From an uncultured virus (IMG/VR IMGVR_UViG_3300035501_000482) (taxonomy: Duplodnaviria; Heunggongvirae; Uroviricota; Caudoviricetes), in the IMG/VR virus record IMGVR_UViG_3300035501_000482: a stretch of 20,216 nt of DNA. One strand, 5' to 3'. The position numbers were made by a program, and so were the translations under genes. Under the pieces are notes generated by a model. That model saw only the letters and a program-made list of their open reading frames with translations, had not been told where the DNA came from and did no database searches. Of the stretch, positions 17,101 to 20,216 are shown one piece after another (position 1 is the stretch's first letter; every line of letters begins with the position of its first letter).

Positions 17101-17163
17101 CCTCAGCTTTTATAAAATAGTTAGTAAAATATTTGCTCAATTCTAAATTATTTCGTACCTTTG
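17101..17163 (+). promoter_or_regulatory. Bacteroidota-type promoter P6 with CCTCAGC box
   Basis: CCTCAGC 17101; TTTG 17132-17135; 20-nt spacer; TACCTTTG 17156-17163. Confidence 0.85.
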
Positions 17164-17204
17164 CAGAGTATTAAAAACATTATTAATTTAAAAAATATAG
17201 AACA

Positions 17205-17687
17205 ATGAAACAATTAAAACCCACCGTACTGCTGCTCCCAATCAACTGGACTGCATCGGACAACTTCCTTACAATCGGAACTGCTATCTACAAGGACATC
17301 GACTTCACCCTTGCCAATGGCAACACTTATTCCTGCTCAGGGGTCATTGCCATTAACTACAACAAACAACTTAACGAACAATTCCTTACGGATGAACTCG
17401 ATGCTTTCCAAGATCACTTACAGGATCTAGGGCTTTCACTACCAATACCAGAATCCTATATCCCAGACAATGAAGCTGCACTTGCATGCTGGGCCAATTA
17501 CCTATTGCTCCTAGGATCACAGGTACTGGATGCCAATGCCTTTGAAACCTACAAAACCGAACTACTTAACAACTGCGATAACCTTTATCCAGACGGAACG
17601 GAATTTCTCCAGGATCGCTATCACCAGGACTTCTGCAATAACATCATCGAATCACTTAACAATCAATATTCATTAACAGACTTTTAA
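17205..17687 (+). CDS. Hypothetical acidic protein (putative early gene)
   Basis: 160-aa ORF after P6. Confidence 0.8.
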   Translation: MKQLKPTVLLLPINWTASDNFLTIGTAIYKDIDFTLANGNTYSCSGVIAINYNKQLNEQFLTDELDAFQDHLQDLGLSLPIPESYIPDNEAALACWANYLLLLGSQVLDANAFETYKTELLNNCDNLYPDGTEFLQDRYHQDFCNNIIESLNNQYSLTDF

Positions 17688-17689
17688 CA

Positions 17690-17932
17690 ATGGCTAGAAC
17701 TATCTCAACAATTGCCCAGGACATACTTAAGTCCTGGGTTAAACCCTCACCCTATGCAATGCCCTACATCAAGGCTATGCTTACTATTAATTCTACGGAT
17801 CCCAACACCAAGTATATCCTGGAACCCGCTAGAGACATAATACTATACTTCCTTGCCAATGCCCAGACATTCCGAGGCGAGGACGCTAGAAGACTTAAAA
17901 CTGAACTTAAACAACTTATTAACTACAAATAA
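17690..17932 (+). CDS. Small conserved-looking phage protein of unknown function
   Basis: 80 aa. The pattern R.I..IA..I...W......A.PY..AM...YFLANA.T.RG..ARR.K.ELK resembles, from memory, a recurrent phage hypothetical family. Confidence 0.8.
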   Translation: MARTISTIAQDILKSWVKPSPYAMPYIKAMLTINSTDPNTKYILEPARDIILYFLANAQTFRGEDARRLKTELKQLINYK

Positions 17933-17944
17933 ACCAATACAACT

Positions 17945-18409
17945 ATGGACAAAAAGATTATCATTGACTACTGCACAGAGTACACATTACAGGGCATTAC
18001 ACTTCACCACAACGATATCGATGACCCAAGACTACCAGAGAACGATACCGTTTGCTTCACTGGGTACTACATTATCGACCAGGATACCGATATACATGCC
18101 TTAGTCACCCAAAACCTGGAATACTACAAGGACCTTATTCACAAACGCATTGCCCAGGGTTTAACTTCTGGGGATGACGATTACGAGGACTATTTCCCTT
18201 GCCTAACGGATGTACTGGGCCAACTGGTTTCACTATCCCCAGATCCCAACGATGCAATCCTGGTACAGGACTTTATCAGATCCCAGGAATTTGCCCAACT
18301 ATGCAACATGGGTATGGTCGATTGCCTAAACTCGGATCCCCAAACTTTCCTAGACTATTGGAAGAAACGGGTACTTGAAAACACAAGCAAATACTCTTTC
18401 CTTCTCTAG
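17945..18409 (+). CDS. Hypothetical acidic protein
   Basis: 154-aa ORF followed by a terminator. Confidence 0.8.
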   Translation: MDKKIIIDYCTEYTLQGITLHHNDIDDPRLPENDTVCFTGYYIIDQDTDIHALVTQNLEYYKDLIHKRIAQGLTSGDDDYEDYFPCLTDVLGQLVSLSPDPNDAILVQDFIRSQEFAQLCNMGMVDCLNSDPQTFLDYWKKRVLENTSKYSFLL

Positions 18410-18413
18410 AAAC

Positions 18414-18443
18414 AGGGCCCAGCTACTTATGCTGGGTCTTTTT
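18414..18443 (+). terminator. Intrinsic terminator
   Basis: AGGGCCCAGC-TACTTAT-GCTGGGTC followed by T5. Confidence 0.8.
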
Positions 18444-18635
18444 GTGTGAACATACCAATAACATACTTAGCTAGCTAGGTGGGTGGATTAATGGCCATTA
18501 CTGCCTTCAAGGTACCAGCCAGGATTTGCTCGGGCTTCAAGGATAGCTGGTAATATCACTTAATGGCCCCTGAGGTTTAAGTGAATAGAACCATTCAGGG
18601 GTACCTGTACTTGATCCCTATGCCTAGACCCTATG

Positions 18636-18698
18636 CCTCAGCTTTTATAAAATAGTTAGTAAAATATTTGCTCAATTCAAAAAAAAGTCGTACCTTTG
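18636..18698 (+). promoter_or_regulatory. Bacteroidota-type promoter P7 with CCTCAGC box
   Basis: CCTCAGC 18636; TTTG 18667-18670; 20-nt spacer; TACCTTTG 18691-18698; first 43 nt identical to P6. Confidence 0.85.
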
Positions 18699-18740
18699 TA
18701 TTGAAATATAAAACATTATTCACTTTAAAGATTTATAAAT

Positions 18741-18989
18741 ATGAAACAAAAAGAAGTACAACAAACAATCTTAGAAAAGATTGCAGAGAGTTCTAAAAAA
18801 GAGCTATTAAAAAATCACATTGCCCACCTCGAAACCTACTTCAACCTGCATCAAACGGAGATCCTCACTCAGCAACGGTTCTTCCGCTACTACAATGCAC
18901 TGGTTACCGAGGACAACATCCAGGATCTCTACTTCCTGCCAATCGATCAATTTATCACATCATTTATTAACTACATTAACACTCTCTAA
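18741..18989 (+). CDS. Hypothetical protein (putative early gene)
   Basis: 82-aa ORF after P7. Confidence 0.75.
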   Translation: MKQKEVQQTILEKIAESSKKELLKNHIAHLETYFNLHQTEILTQQRFFRYYNALVTEDNIQDLYFLPIDQFITSFINYINTL

Positions 18990-18991
18990 CA

Positions 18992-19489
18992 ATGGAAACT
19001 ACAAATATCACTTACATCTACTCAGAAGTTTACGAATTCGATCTCCTTGGTGCTACTTGCACCTTGGATATCGACAATGCCCAACTCAGGGGACGTGCTT
19101 ACGGATTCGATCTTACTAACAAGGAACAACTACAGAAAGCTCTCATGGATAACATCCAATGCCTAATCAACCTAGTAAACTACAAAACTCTCTACGACGA
19201 CATGGCAGAGGACTACATCCCAGACTACATCGATTGCCTCCTAAAGCTTGCTATTATTGCTTTCGATAACGATTCACTAAACGGGCTGGATATCTTCAAA
19301 TCTACCCTAACTATGATATACCAACTTTGGGTAGCCAACCAACAATCATTTAACCTGGGCTTTAAACTGGATGCCTTCCAACAGAAGAACATCTCCAGGA
19401 TCTATGCTTACTACAGGAACTTTGTTAAGAACGATAACGAAGACATCCTCGACTTTGCTCAGGAATCCCTCAATCACTTGCATCACTAA
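18992..19489 (+). CDS. Hypothetical acidic protein
   Basis: 165-aa ORF followed by a hairpin. Confidence 0.8.
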   Translation: METTNITYIYSEVYEFDLLGATCTLDIDNAQLRGRAYGFDLTNKEQLQKALMDNIQCLINLVNYKTLYDDMAEDYIPDYIDCLLKLAIIAFDNDSLNGLDIFKSTLTMIYQLWVANQQSFNLGFKLDAFQQKNISRIYAYYRNFVKNDNEDILDFAQESLNHLHH

Positions 19490-19496
19490 TCCCAAT

Positions 19497-19526
19497 GCCC
19501 ATCCATATATGCCATGGATGGGCTTT
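19497..19526 (+). terminator. Probable intrinsic terminator
   Basis: GCCCATCCAT-ATATGCC-ATGGATGGGC followed by TTT. Confidence 0.7.
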
Positions 19527-19627
19527 ACTGTGTAACATACCAATAAGGCCATTAGCTAGCTATTTTACACCGTTAATGGCCCCTATACCCATTATGGCTT
19601 AAGCCAGGTATTTGATGGTCCTAAGCA

Positions 19628-19662
19628 TATCCCACCAGGCCTATCCCACCAGGCCTATCCCA
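19628..19662. repeat. 14-bp tandem repeat x2.5
   Basis: TATCCCACCAGGCC at 19628 and 19642, partial at 19656. Confidence 0.8.
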
Positions 19663-19944
19663 GTCCCATAATACCACTATGGCTTTCACCTAGCCAGACC
19701 CAAGTCCGCCAGAGCCTACCGAAGCCCGGTAATTTAAAGCCAAAAGGGGCCCCGCCGCTAGAAACCTATTTATTTATCCACCTTCTAGTTATAAGTTAAT
19801 TTAGAATGGTTGCTCTAGACCCAAAAAGGCCATGCCTATGGATCCACTATTCTGTATGAATGCAAAGATACCAATAGTATCAAAGCGGATCCCTAGCGGC
19901 GGATTTTCGTGGTGGTTTTGCATTATATAGGGGATTTTTAATCG

Positions 19945-20094
19945 ACTACATTTTATATAGGGGATTTGTAGTTTTACAATTTTTATTAGTTGAGTTAAAA
20001 ACTAATAAAACCATACCTATTTGTAGTTGAACTACATTTTATGTATTGAATTGTAGTTTTACAATTTTTATTAGTTATGCTAAAAACTAATAAA
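19945..20094. repeat. Degenerate ~85-bp direct repeat x2
   Basis: ACTACATTTTAT...TTGTAGTTTTACAATTTTTATTAGTT...TAAAAACTAATAAA starting at 19945 and 20031. Confidence 0.8.
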
Positions 20095-20216
20095 CTACAA
20101 AAAAGAATTAGTTATGTAGTTTAAAGGTATAAACTACAAAAAAGAATTAGTTATGTAGTTTAAAGGTATAAACTACAAAAAAGAATTAGTTATGTAGTTT
20201 AAAGGTATAAACTACA
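20091..20216. repeat. Perfect 39-bp tandem repeat, 3 full copies plus a partial copy (runs off window)
   Basis: TAAACTACAAAAAAGAATTAGTTATGTAGTTTAAAGGTA at 20091, 20130, 20169 and partial at 20208. Each unit contains the 9-bp inverted repeat TAAACTACA/TGTAGTTTA. Confidence 0.95.

Noticed and set aside
2847..18642. CCTCAGC as mere BbvCI restriction sites
   Set aside because: The sequence coincides with that site, but fixed orientation and phased spacing to promoters point to a regulatory role.
301..19552. Other minus-strand and nested alternative-frame ORFs (301, 787, 3718, 6212, 7113, 7506, 8660, 8973, 9187, 9874, 15144, 17853, 18820, 19346)
   Set aside because: They overlap better-supported + strand genes and have atypical composition.
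20091..20216. CRISPR array at right end
   Set aside because: The 39-bp units are head-to-tail with no unique spacers.
1..20216. Stop-codon reassignment (TAG recoding as in some Bacteroidota phages)
   Set aside because: Genes pack tightly under the standard code, and several end in TAG right before a promoter, terminator or next start (2845, 6217, 11621, 18409).

Overview
This looks like a 20-kb segment of a large lytic dsDNA phage infecting Bacteroidota. Evidence: all credible genes are on the + strand and use the standard code; translation starts are A-rich without Shine-Dalgarno sequences; and there are seven TTTG-N19/20-TAnnTTTG host-type promoters. The left end holds an SbcC/Rad50-like ATPase C-terminus, a PD-(D/E)xK Holliday-junction-resolvase-like nuclease, a NusG-family (NGN+KOW) factor and a protein with a sigma-region-4-like HTH. 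About 20 hypothetical genes follow, including a KTSC-domain protein. The right part is a series of short promoter-gene(s)-terminator cassettes resembling an early/host-takeover region. The standout feature is a non-coding array at about 13773-14292. It has seven structurally conserved but sequence-variable hairpins (outer stem, 2x2 internal loop, 3-bp stem, GNGA tetraloop) spaced every 67-80 nt. The unique spacers between them read as antisense to translation start sites, and three spacers are perfectly complementary (12-14 nt) to start-codon regions of promoter-proximal genes in this window. This suggests a multiplexed antisense/guide small-RNA array. Also notable are a helically phased CCTCAG box upstream of every host-type promoter, a palindrome-rich non-coding kilobase, and an iteron-like repeat region at the right end. 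All functional calls come from reading motifs by eye; no searches were run.
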